Assembly: GCA_000004695.1 (NCBI GenBank)
Contig: CM000154.2
Location: 2,272,001-2,336,000 of the forward strand
From: Dictyostelium discoideum
Taxonomy: Eukaryota
DNA: 64,000 nucleotides
Direction of reading: 5' to 3'
Position numbers and translations under genes: made by a program. Every line of letters starts with the position of its first letter. The stretch's first letter is position 1. The notes below the pieces were generated by a model. The model did not search any database, was not told the DNA's origin, and saw only the letters and a list, made by a program, of their open reading frames with translations. This document shows, one piece after another, positions 11,370 to 27,491 of this stretch.

Positions 11370-12584
11370 ATGTTTAAAATTACTATGGCAAAATCAACAA
11401 ATAATACTGCAATATCAAGTGCATTAAATTCATTAAAACAAAATTATACACCATCAAATATTGTATCATTATATAGTAAAACAGCATTAGAATTAAAAGA
11501 TGCAAAAGAATTTTATGGAAAATCCTATTATCCCGGTCAATTAGTGCCAAACTTTTATCAAACCAAATATGAAGCAGAACAAGATGACACTGACAATAGT
11601 AGTAGTGATATTGTTATTGACGAAAAATTTAAAATAGTATTACAAACTCAACAACAACAACAGCCCCAACAAGAAATAGAAGATACAAATGTTTTTAATA
11701 TTAATCAATATTTCCAAGGTTTGAAATCGATTTTATTCGGCAACCAAATCATTCACTCTAAATTATTATCATCAACACAATCATTATCATTGAAATATCT
11801 ATCAAATACTAAACAGGGTATTGTGGTAGTATCAGACCAGCAGACCAATGGTAAAGGCAGGGGCGGCAATCAATGGGTGTCGCCAATGGGGTGTCTATTA
11901 TATTCATTCAAATGTAAACAAACCGATGGTACTAAACTACCATTCCTCCAATACGTAGCAGGTTTAGCACTCATTGAAGCAATTCATTCATTTCCAATCG
12001 CATCAGATTTAAACGTTCGTCTAAAATGGCCAAACGATATCTACGATGGTGATAGTAATTTAAAAATTGGTGGTATCTTATGTCAATCGAATTACTTTGA
12101 TAATCAATTCGATATCACAATTGGTATTGGTCTAAATGTTACAAATTCAAGTAACCCAACAATTTCAATTAATGAAATGATTTTTAAAAAAGAAAACAAA
12201 AAAACAACAACAACGACAACAACAACAACAACAACAATAACAACCACACCAACAACTACACCCACACCAATTTATATTAGTAGAGAATCATTATTATCAA
12301 GGTTTTTTAATGTTTTTGAAGAAATTTATCTAACATTTACAAGAGATGGTTTTAGAACATTAGAAAAGAGATATACTGATGCTTGGTTACATAGTGGTTC
12401 AGTTGTACAAATTAAAGAGAAAAACAATCAATATGTTAAAATCATTGGTATAACAGAGAATGCCTTTTTAAAATCAATTGAATGTGATTCAAATGGTAAT
12501 CAAACTTCAAATATTATACATGAATTACATCCAGATGGTACTTCATTTGATATTGAAAATTTAATTTTAAAAGAAAAAAAATAA
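11370..12584 (+). CDS. Biotin--protein ligase (holocarboxylase synthetase family), catalytic BirA-like domain
   Basis: 404-aa single-exon ORF. Biotin-ligase glycine-rich motif QTNGKGRGGNQWVSPMG (compare BirA Q..GRGRRGR.W.SP.G). KWPNDIY motif. A Thr/Pro-rich linker sits before the C-terminal domain. Confidence 0.75.
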   Translation: MFKITMAKSTNNTAISSALNSLKQNYTPSNIVSLYSKTALELKDAKEFYGKSYYPGQLVPNFYQTKYEAEQDDTDNSSSDIVIDEKFKIVLQTQQQQQPQQEIEDTNVFNINQYFQGLKSILFGNQIIHSKLLSSTQSLSLKYLSNTKQGIVVVSDQQTNGKGRGGNQWVSPMGCLLYSFKCKQTDGTKLPFLQYVAGLALIEAIHSFPIASDLNVRLKWPNDIYDGDSNLKIGGILCQSNYFDNQFDITIGIGLNVTNSSNPTISINEMIFKKENKKTTTTTTTTTTTITTTPTTTPTPIYISRESLLSRFFNVFEEIYLTFTRDGFRTLEKRYTDAWLHSGSVVQIKEKNNQYVKIIGITENAFLKSIECDSNGNQTSNIIHELHPDGTSFDIENLILKEKK

Positions 12585-12636
12585 AAGAATAATGATGATG
12601 ATTTACAACATTTTTTGTTTGGTTTCTTTTGTTTTT

Positions 12637-13502
12637 TTATTTATCTTCTTTATGTTTAATTATACCATTATCAACTAAATGTGGTACTTCGGCTGCTAAC
12701 CAAGGTGCTAAACCTAATGCTAATGCATGTGCAATCCCAAAATGTGGTACATTTCTTGACCATAATGGTTTAAAATGAATAGTTAAACAAATTTTACCAC
12801 CTCTATACATTTTCTCTGTTTTACCATCTAATTCTGGAATTGCAATTTCTGGTGCTGTTTCTGGATATGTTACTGGCATCTAAAAATATATATTAAAATT
12901 TATATTTTTAAAAAATAAAAATAAAAATAAAAATAAAAAATAATAACTTACATCAAATTCCAGATCAAATTCATATTTTTTAAAATTATAAATATACCAA
13001 CATTTTCCTTGCCATCTAAATATAGTAATGTGTGGTGTGTGTGTGTGTGTGTGTGTGTATAGATATTATTAAATAATTTTTGTTAGCAATTTTAAAAAAT
13101 TTAATAAAGATGATATTTCCAGTTTATTTTTTTATTTTTATTTTTTTATTTTTTTTATTTTTTATTTTTTTATTCTTTATTTTATTACCTACCTTGTTCC
13201 TAATGGATTTGACTCGATATTAAACCAATCATTATCTGCTTTTTTATTAATTTCAACATACTAAATCGTTTTGAAAAAGATAAAATAATAAAATAATAAA
13301 AAAAAAAAATAAAAAAAAAATGAAAAAAATAAAAAATTTAGTATAAGCGAGTAAAAAAATGATCAAAGTTATTATTTTTTACTTTTATTAATGCTTGATA
13401 TTCTTCTTTTAATCTATCAATCCACTTATCACCATCTCTAGGTCCTGCCTTTACTGTTAATAATGGAATTTGTTGAACTGTTTGTTTGGTGTGGTTATCC
13501 AT
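12637..13502 (-). CDS. ufc1: Ufm1-conjugating enzyme 1 (UFC1). Four exons: 13383..13502, 13193..13260, 12952..13015, 12637..12879
   Basis: Assembled protein [40 protein letters not shown] / [23 protein letters not shown] / [21 protein letters not shown] / [66 protein letters not shown] is collinear with human UFC1, including the catalytic Cys in KICLT. Donors GTAAAA, GTAGGT, GTAAGT; acceptors ..tttag. Phases 0,2,0. Confidence 0.85.
13029..13058. repeat. (GT)15 dinucleotide microsatellite inside a UFC1 intron
   Basis: gtgtgtgtgtgtgtgtgtgtgtgtgtgt within the intron 13016..13192. Confidence 0.9.
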
Positions 13503-13553
13503 TTATTGGGTTATTTTTAACTTTTTGTTTTTAAACAATTAATTTTTAATTTA

Positions 13554-13590
<37 letters not shown>

Positions 13591-14109
13591 AAAAAAAAAA
13601 AAAAAAAATTTTGAATAAATATTTTTTGTTTGTATCTTAATTACTTTAAATAAGTAAGCTGGTTGAGAAATATAAGATAATTGAATATTTGTAAAAAATT
13701 ATTTCTTAAAATTAAATTTTTTTTTTTTTTTTTTTTTTTAAATAATTAATATTAATATTTGGTTTTTTAATTTTTTAATTTTGGTAAAAGAAAAATTTTG
13801 GTAACCTTTAATTTATATTAAACAATATTAAATTTCCAGTTTTATCAATTAAGGAATTCAATTAATTTTTTTTTTTTTTTTTTTTTGGGTTTTTTTTTTT
13901 TTTTTTTTAAATGGAAAAAAGAAATAAAAAAAAAAAATAAAAAAAATAAATTTTTTAATCTAATAAATTAAAAAATTTTATTTTATTTTTATTTTTATTT
14001 TTTTTTTTAATTTTTATTTTTTTTTTTATTATAATTTATCCTTTTCACACAAATTCACTATTTAATTTAATTTTTTTTTTTTTTTTTTTTTTTAATCATT
14101 AATGCAAAA

Positions 14110-15552
14110 ATGAATTATAATTTCAAAAAAAAAGGTATAATATAACTTATAATTCTTTTTATAAATTTTTTTTTTTTTTTTTTTTTTTTAAAAAATCCAA
14201 GTTTTTTTTTTAAAAAAATAATAAATACTAATTATTATCATTTTTTATTTGTTTTTGTTATTTGTTATTATTATTTTATTTTTTTATTAGATTTAAAAGA
14301 TTGGTCAATTGAAGACACAAAAGAATGGATCAATGAATTTAAAAAAAGAGGACCAAATTTAGAGAATGTGGATTTTTCAAGATTTGAATGGGATGGTGAA
14401 CAATTATCATTATTTTCAATGTCAGATTTTCAAAGAATGTCACCTTATGGAGTTGCACTATACAGAAATTTATATTCACAACCTAAAATATTTCAAACAT
14501 TAAAAAAAAACAAAAGTATATCAAGTAGTGGTGGTGGAGGTGGTAGTAGTGGAGGTGGTAGTTATTTAAATAGTATTAATATTGGTAATATTGATTTAAA
14601 TGATGATTTAATTGAAAATGAAATTATTAACAGGACAGTTTTAATTAGAGTTGGTACAATTCATACATTTATTACATTTGGTGCTGGTTGTAGAATTGGT
14701 AAAAACTTAATATTGGTTTCAAAACATGTTGTTCATCATTCAACTTTTCCTCAAGATAAAATCATTTTCAATGTTGGTATTGTAATACCATCAAAATGGG
14801 TAACTGCAAAATTAATAGATCTAAGTCCAGATGATCAAACTGATTTAGCTTTATTAGAAATTATTGATTATGATTCAATTCATCATTTAAATTCTAATAA
14901 TAATAGTATTAGTAGTAGTGGTAGTATTAATAGTAAAGAATCAATAAAAAGTAGTGGTGGTGGTAGTGAATATGATAACAAATATAAAAATCAAAAACAA
15001 CAACATGATGAAAAAGATAATGAAGCAAGTGGTAGTAGTAACAATAATGATGATGAAAATTTAAATAAAAACCATATTGTAAATAGTAGTGAATTTACAT
15101 CACCATCATTTGATTATCATCATTTAGATGAATTAGAAAAGGAAAGAGAGAAACAAGATTATGAAATCATTTGTAATATTGAACCAATTAAATTCATTGG
15201 CCAAAATGAAGGATTATTGGGTAAAGATATTATTTTATGTGGTTTTCCAAAGGAACGTATTGATTTATCACTATGTCAAGAATTAAAGATAAAGGTTGAT
15301 ACAGTTTATCCATCCATTGAAAAGGGAACAGTATCATTTTCTGATGATAAACGTTTAGAATGTAACTCTGTACCAGAACCAGGTTACTCTGAATCCTCAT
15401 TAATCTTTTCAAAGTCTGATGCAAAATTTATTGGTTTGGTAAAGTCACAATATATGACTAATCCAAATAAATATTATTGTATACCAACTTCAACAATTTT
15501 AACTTGGATTAGTCAAGTTTCAAAAAAGAATTCAATCAATATTTCTTTTTAA
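14110..15552 (+). CDS. SAM-domain protein with a C-terminal trypsin/chymotrypsin-fold peptidase-like domain (possibly degenerate). Two exons: 14110..14134, 14291..15552
   Basis: Exon 1 MNYNFKKK + G, donor GTATAA at 14135, acceptor ttattag at 14290. SAM-like DLKDWSIEDTKEWINEFKKRGPNLENVDFSRFEWDGEQLSLFSMSDFQRMSPYGVALYRNL. Protease-like blocks GAGCRIGKNLILVSKHVVHH (His block), DLALLEI (Asp block), GYSESSL in place of GDSGGP. The ORF-track start at 14368 is a GTG, not a real start. Confidence 0.6.
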
Positions 15553-15918
15553 GAAAATAATAAAAAAAATAAAGACATTGTGAAAAAAAAAAAAAAAAAA
15601 CACACAACATTTTATTTTTTTATTTTTCAAAGATTTAATTTATTTTTAATATGGACAGAATATCTTTTTTTTTAAAACTAAAAAAAAAAAAAAAAAACAG
15701 AATGGTTACATTCATTTTTGCGTGTTTTTTGAGTGTTCTGTTTTATAAATTTAATCAATATTGAAAATAAATAAATTAAATCATTTTTAAAAAAAAATAA
15801 AAATTAAAAAAAATGAAAAAATTTGAAAGATTTTTTAATCTTTTTTTTTCATTTTTTTTTTTTTACTTTTTACTTTTTTTTTTAATCACTGCCCATAATT
15901 GCAAAATTACAACGTTTT

Positions 15919-15951
<33 letters not shown>

Positions 15952-15956
15952 AAAAA

Positions 15957-18485
15957 ATGGACTATGACTATGATAGTTCAGACTTACAGTATGATGATCA
16001 TAAACAAAATAGTAACTCTAAACTTGATACAAGTTTTAGATTGTTTAGGACAGGTACAATGTCATTATTTAACAATGTGGTAATAGTTGATTTCACATAT
16101 ACACCAACATCAATTTACTCTTGTCAATATACAATCATAGATTTAAATTATAAAGTTTTAGAAACTCAAAATATTTTATTCTCAAAAAGTACAAATGAAC
16201 CATTCAATGATAAAATGGATCAAATTAATAAAATGGTAAGATTCTCTTTCTCAATACCACACACACTCACACATTATTTTTACACAGTTTTTTTTACTAA
16301 TTTTATTTATAAATTTTTTTTTAAAAAAAAATAGATTTGTGATTCAATTGACAAATTAAGTGGAAGGGTTTTAGTACTTTCACCACAATCTGTTAATATC
16401 CCTTTATTAAATTTACCAATGTCAGTTCGTATATTTGATTTTCAACAAATTGCAAAAAAAAAGAAAATACCATTAAAATCATTTGATCAATTTAAAGATT
16501 GTAAATATACACCATATAAATGTTTTTTTTTTTTTTTTTTAAAAAAATTACTAATAATTTCTCTTATTATTATTATTTATTATTATTATTTATAAGATTA
16601 TAAAAATAAAAAACTTAATGTTGATTTTAAATTTACAATTTTATCATTATTTGTGGATCTTACAAAAAATTTTATTAAAAGTGATTTTAAGTTTCCATCC
16701 TTTAAACCAATTTTAATCGATATTAAAAGGGAAGGGTCCCTTGAAGGGTTCTTTGGACACTACATTTTTACAAATATTGAAATACCAATTGCAATAAAGA
16801 ATTTAATCAACGGATATAGAGATCATCTTAGAGAGAATAAATTACTATTAACACAACCAGAACTAGAAATAATAGACCAACAACAAGAAGAACATCAACA
16901 ACTACAACAACAATTACAACAACAACAACAACAATTACAACAACCACAACAAAAATCAGAAGTACAACAAAAATCTATTGTTGAAAATGAAGAAAATCCA
17001 CCAAGTGAAATGGAATCATCAATATCAGCTCCTCCACCTAGAAGAATTACACCAAATGAACTTTTAGATAAAAAAAAAAGAATTTTATTCTTAAAAAATT
17101 TAAAAAAATCACTTTTATTGAAAAAGCATCAACTTAATCACATCTCAAACCCTGATGCTGAAAATGATTTTAGTGAAATTGGTGAAACTACCCCAAAGAA
17201 AATAAAAGTATTAAATCTTGAAAAAGATAACAATAATAATAATAATAACGATAAAGATAATATATATTTAGAAAAGGATGATTCGCCAACTAAAGAAAAT
17301 AATAGTAACATTGCCACTACCACCAACACCAATCCCAATACCAACACCAACACCAATATCAACACCACCACTGCCAATAATAATGAAATAGCAAATACCG
17401 ACAATAATGTAAATAATGTTAATCAAGTAACTGATCAAGGTGATATCAAATACCATCACCAAGAATTAATTAGACAATTAACTAAACTAATTAGATTTGA
17501 ACAAAAATCTTTAAAAACTGATAGCAATAATAATAATGATAATAATGATAACATTGATGATAATAACAATAATATTAATAAAATCAGCCCAACTCCCCTC
17601 AGTACTTCCATCAATGATATTAATAATAAAAACAATACTACTAATATTACTAGCTCAATTCCACCCAATAGTACTAATAATAATAATAATAATAATATGA
17701 ACACAATTCCACTTGGCACTACCAATAATGATAATATTATCACAATTCCTCTCGATACTACCAATAATAATAATAATAATAATAATAATTTAAATCAAAT
17801 TAACCAAAATGAATTTAATCATAATATTTTATTACAAGTTCAAACCATTTTAGATAAAACCATTTTAAATCAACAATACTTTTTAAATGAAATTAATAAC
17901 TTATCTAAAAGGTTTGATAATATGCAAATTCAATTCGACTCAATATATAGCAAAATAAAATCAAATAATAATAATAATAGTATTGTTAATAATGGTAATA
18001 ATAATAATAATGGTAATAATAATAACTCAATAATTGATATTCAGAAAAAACAAAAAGAATTATTAGAAAAACAAAATAGAATTTTAGTTTTAAAGAATGA
18101 ATTACAAAAATTAGAATCTCAACAAGAACAAGTTAAACTTGAAAATGATAAAGATAAAATTAGAGATTCAAAAGAGAGATATAAATTCACAGGAAATAAA
18201 TATCCAAAAAAAATTAGTAATAATAATAGTAGCAGTAGTAGTAGTAGTAGTAGTAGTAGTAATAACATTATTAATAATAATAACCATCAAATTGATCCAT
18301 ACAATACCTATCAACAAAAACAAAAAACATCATTACAAAGAAGACCACCATTCAATAAACCAAATACCTCAAATGTCTTTATTAAAACTAAATTTAGACC
18401 AATAAATCATAGTGTTAGTGCTTTACCTCAAAAAAATACAATCATGTCTAGTTTCAGAAACTTTTTGAAATCTTTTAAAAAATAA
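15957..18485 (+). CDS. Uncharacterized protein with a structured N-terminal region and a long Asn/Gln/Thr-rich, partly coiled-coil C-terminal region. Three exons: 15957..16235, 16335..16500, 16597..18485
   Basis: ATG at 15957 ([14 protein letters not shown]...). Donor GTAAGA at 16236, acceptor aaaatag at 16334, donor GTAAAT at 16501, acceptor tataag at 16596. Phases 0 and 1 keep one open frame into the 610-aa ORF 16653..18485. The upstream part of ORF-track entry 15813..16334 is translated poly-T and was rejected. Confidence 0.5.
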
Positions 18486-18854
18486 TAAAAATAAAAATAA
18501 AAATAAAAACTAGAAAAAATAATAATAAAAATAAAAAAATAAAAAAATAAAAAAATAAAAAAATAAAAAAAATAAAAAAATAAAATAAATATAATAATAA
18601 AAATAGTTTTTTTAATTTTAATTATAAAAATAATAATAAAAAATTTTATTAATCAATTTTAGAATAATAATTTCCATTTTAATTATTATTATTATTATAA
18701 AATAATTAATTAATAATTAATATTGCAAAACATTTAATTCCCCCACTACTTATATAAATATTTACACACTGCTTTTATTAATTGGCTATAAGTGATCAAA
18801 AAAAAAAATAATAATAATTAAAAATTGTTTAGAATAATATTGGATAATGGAAAG

Positions 18855-18886
<32 letters not shown>

Positions 18887-19493
18887 AAAAAAATCTAAAA
18901 ATTAAAAATAAAAAAGTAAAAAGTCTATACTACAAATAATAATAATAGTAGTAGTGGTACTATTACAGTGGAAAGAAAGAGTAAAAAGATTTCTTTTTTT
19001 TATTTATTTTTTAAATTTTTATTTTTATTTATTTAATTTTTATATATCATAATCATCACTATTACCCCCATTTTTTAATTTTTTTTTTTTAATTTTAATT
19101 TTAATTTTAAAATTATTTTTATTTTTATTTCTATTTTTAAATAACACCCAAAACAATTTTTTTTTTTTTTTTTTTTTTTTTGGGATTTTTTTTTTTAAAG
19201 TCTCAATTATAATTATTCAACAAAAATAGATAAAAAACATTTAAATAAAAAAAAAAAAAAAAAAAAACCAAATTAAAAAATTAAAAAATTAAAAATTAAA
19301 AATAATAACCTATTATTTTTAATAAAAGATTGTCTTTTTTTTTTTTTTTTTTATTTAAATAATTTTTTTTTTTTTTTTTTTATTTGTTTAAGTTGCAATT
19401 TTTCTCATGTTGTCATATTCTTTCTATAATAATAATAAAATAAAAAATTAAAAAATTAAAAAATAAATTTAATAAATAATATTAAATAAAATA

Positions 19494-25048
<5,555 letters not shown>

Positions 25049-25385
25049 ACCATTTTTTAAAAAAAAAAAAAAATGAACGTCATTATTTGTTAAAATATCC
25101 AAATAAATTATAAAGTAATACTTTACTTTTTTTTTTTTTTTTTATTTTATCTTTTTTTTTTTTTTTTGTTTTTATTTATTTATAGTTTTACAATTATTAT
25201 TATCATTATTAGTTTTTTTTTTTTTTTATTTCTTTTTTTTTTTTATAATATATTACATAAAATTTGTTTGGAAAAAAAAAAAAAAAAAAAAACACTATAT
25301 GTGTTTTTTTAAATTTTTAGATTAATAATACATTATAAAAATTTAAATTAAAAATTATTTGTAATAAATTTTAAGAATTTAAAAA

Positions 25386-25997
25386 TTATATTGAAAATTC
25401 CAATTGATTTTGGTCAATGTTTTTAATGAAAACATGATAATGTGAAATTTCTTTTATACTTTGTAAATGAAAAGGATTGATAAAGAATAAGAAACCGTTA
25501 TCGTCATTGCTGAATTCTCTATTTGTAAGTTTTGAAATGAGTTGTTTTGCATCCTCATGATCAAGAGGTTTTAAACACCATAATACCCAATGTGAGATTG
25601 ATTTATCGCAACTGTATGGGAAATCGTTTGGTCTAAAAACTAATTTTTGTTCTAAATTCTCTGGTCTAATAGTTATTAATCTATTGAGTTCAATACCTTG
25701 TTCGTCTGTATAGCTTATAGTTTGTGTTGGAAATTTAAAAACTTTGAAATCAATATAATCTTTAATAGTTTTAAATTGTTGTTTTACAACCTTTAAATGT
25801 TTCTCCATCTCTGCTTGATCCTTTAATTTTCTACCCAATATTTCTAATCTATCACCTTGTATAATTTCTTTTAAATCTCTCCAATTCCTTTCACAATAAT
25901 CAAATTGTTGTTGTACTTTTATTTCTACATTTTCATTGTTACTATTGTTGACACAACAATTTTCGTTGTTTTCTTCAACTTGATTATTGTCTAACAT
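25386..25997 (-). CDS. Small conserved hypothetical protein (203 aa), single exon
   Basis: Intact ORF with non-repetitive composition and a conserved-looking block VFRPNDFPYSCDKSISHWVLWCLKPL. Upstream ATGs hit stops. I could not assign a family from memory. Confidence 0.5.
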   Translation of the reverse strand: MLDNNQVEENNENCCVNNSNNENVEIKVQQQFDYCERNWRDLKEIIQGDRLEILGRKLKDQAEMEKHLKVVKQQFKTIKDYIDFKVFKFPTQTISYTDEQGIELNRLITIRPENLEQKLVFRPNDFPYSCDKSISHWVLWCLKPLDHEDAKQLISKLTNREFSNDDNGFLFFINPFHLQSIKEISHYHVFIKNIDQNQLEFSI

Positions 25998-26122
25998 TTT
26001 CGATGTTTTATTATCTTGGTTTTCTCTGAGATATTATTTAAACATTTTATATTAGAAAAAAAAAATAAAAATAAAAATAAAAAAATAAAAAAAATAAAAA
26101 AAAAAAAATAAAATAAATAAAA

Positions 26123-26154
<32 letters not shown>

Positions 26155-26635
26155 TAATATGTAATGACAAAAAAGAATTAAAAAAAAAAAGGGGAGAAAA
26201 AATACACCACTTTTTTTTAATTTTTATTTTTATTTTTATTTTTATTTTTTTTTTTATTCTACGAATAATATTTTATAATTAAAATAATATCACTTACAAA
26301 ACATCTATCATTTTATAATTTTATATCTTTTTTTATTGGGTCGATAAAAAGGATGCAATTGAATAGAAAAAAAAAAAAAAATCAATTTAAATTTAATATT
26401 AAAGGAAAAAAATAAATTAAAATAAAAAATAAAAATAAAAAAAACAAAAAAAAAAAAAACTAAATATTAACAAAAAGAGGTAATTGCCCACCTAAAGTTT
26501 GGTTGAATTATTTCTTTTACAATTTTTTTTTCGAGCATTGTTTGTTTTAAAAAAAGTCAGTGGAATAGGTTGATAAAAAAGTGCTTATTTTTCATAAAAA
26601 AAGATATTTTTTTCCTCCTTAAAACGTTTTGCTCG

Positions 26636-26677
<42 letters not shown>

Positions 26678-27491
26678 TTTTTTGTTTTTTTGAAATAAAA
26701 AATACATAATATCTATTTTGATATTTCTAAAAACCCTTCCCCAAGTGGGAATGGAACAAATAAATGCTTGACAAGAAATAAAATTAAAAAAAAATATAAG
26801 ATTAATTTTTTCTTTATTTTTAATTAATTCTTTACCATTTTTTTTTTTTTTTTTTTTTTTTTAAAAATCATTATAATTAATTTGATTAAAAAAAAAAAAA
26901 TAAAAAAAAAATAAATAAATATTGTCTAACCAAAAATAGAGTAGAACGAGGTTGGATTTTTTTTATAATCAATCAAAAAAAAATGAAAATAATGATATTT
27001 TGGGAAAAATGAAAATAATATTTTGAAAAAGTGATTGCATTTTTTTGTGTTTTGGTCAATTCTTTTTTTTTTCCACCTTTTTTTCACCTTTTTTTTCATT
27101 TTTTTTTTTAAAAAATAAAAAAATATTTAAAATTTTGCATATAATAATTTTATCAATAATAATTATTTCTCATATTAATATTTATTTATTTGTTACTAAA
27201 TTAGTAATAATAAATTTATTTTAATATGTAGATATTTTTTAAAGTTATTTTAATTGGTACTTTCTAAATATAGAAATATTCTAAAAATAACAAAATTAAT
27301 AATAAAAATAATAAATAACAATTTAAAACAAATACATTCTTAAATTTTGACAAATTTCCTAAAATAATATTTTCCAGAAATTTGAAATATTCTTTGGAAA
27401 TATATTTTTTTTTTTTATTTTTTTTTTTTTTTTTTATATATATATGTTAAAAGAATAAAATTTTTTTTTAAAAAAAAACAATTATTTTATT

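Noticed and set aside
15813-15956. Upstream part of ORF 15813..16334 ([17 protein letters not shown]...KKKKKKKKK)
   Set aside because: This is translation of poly(T)/poly(A) promoter DNA. The real start is the ATG at 15957 (MDYDYDSS...). The ORF's tail after 16235 is intron read-through.
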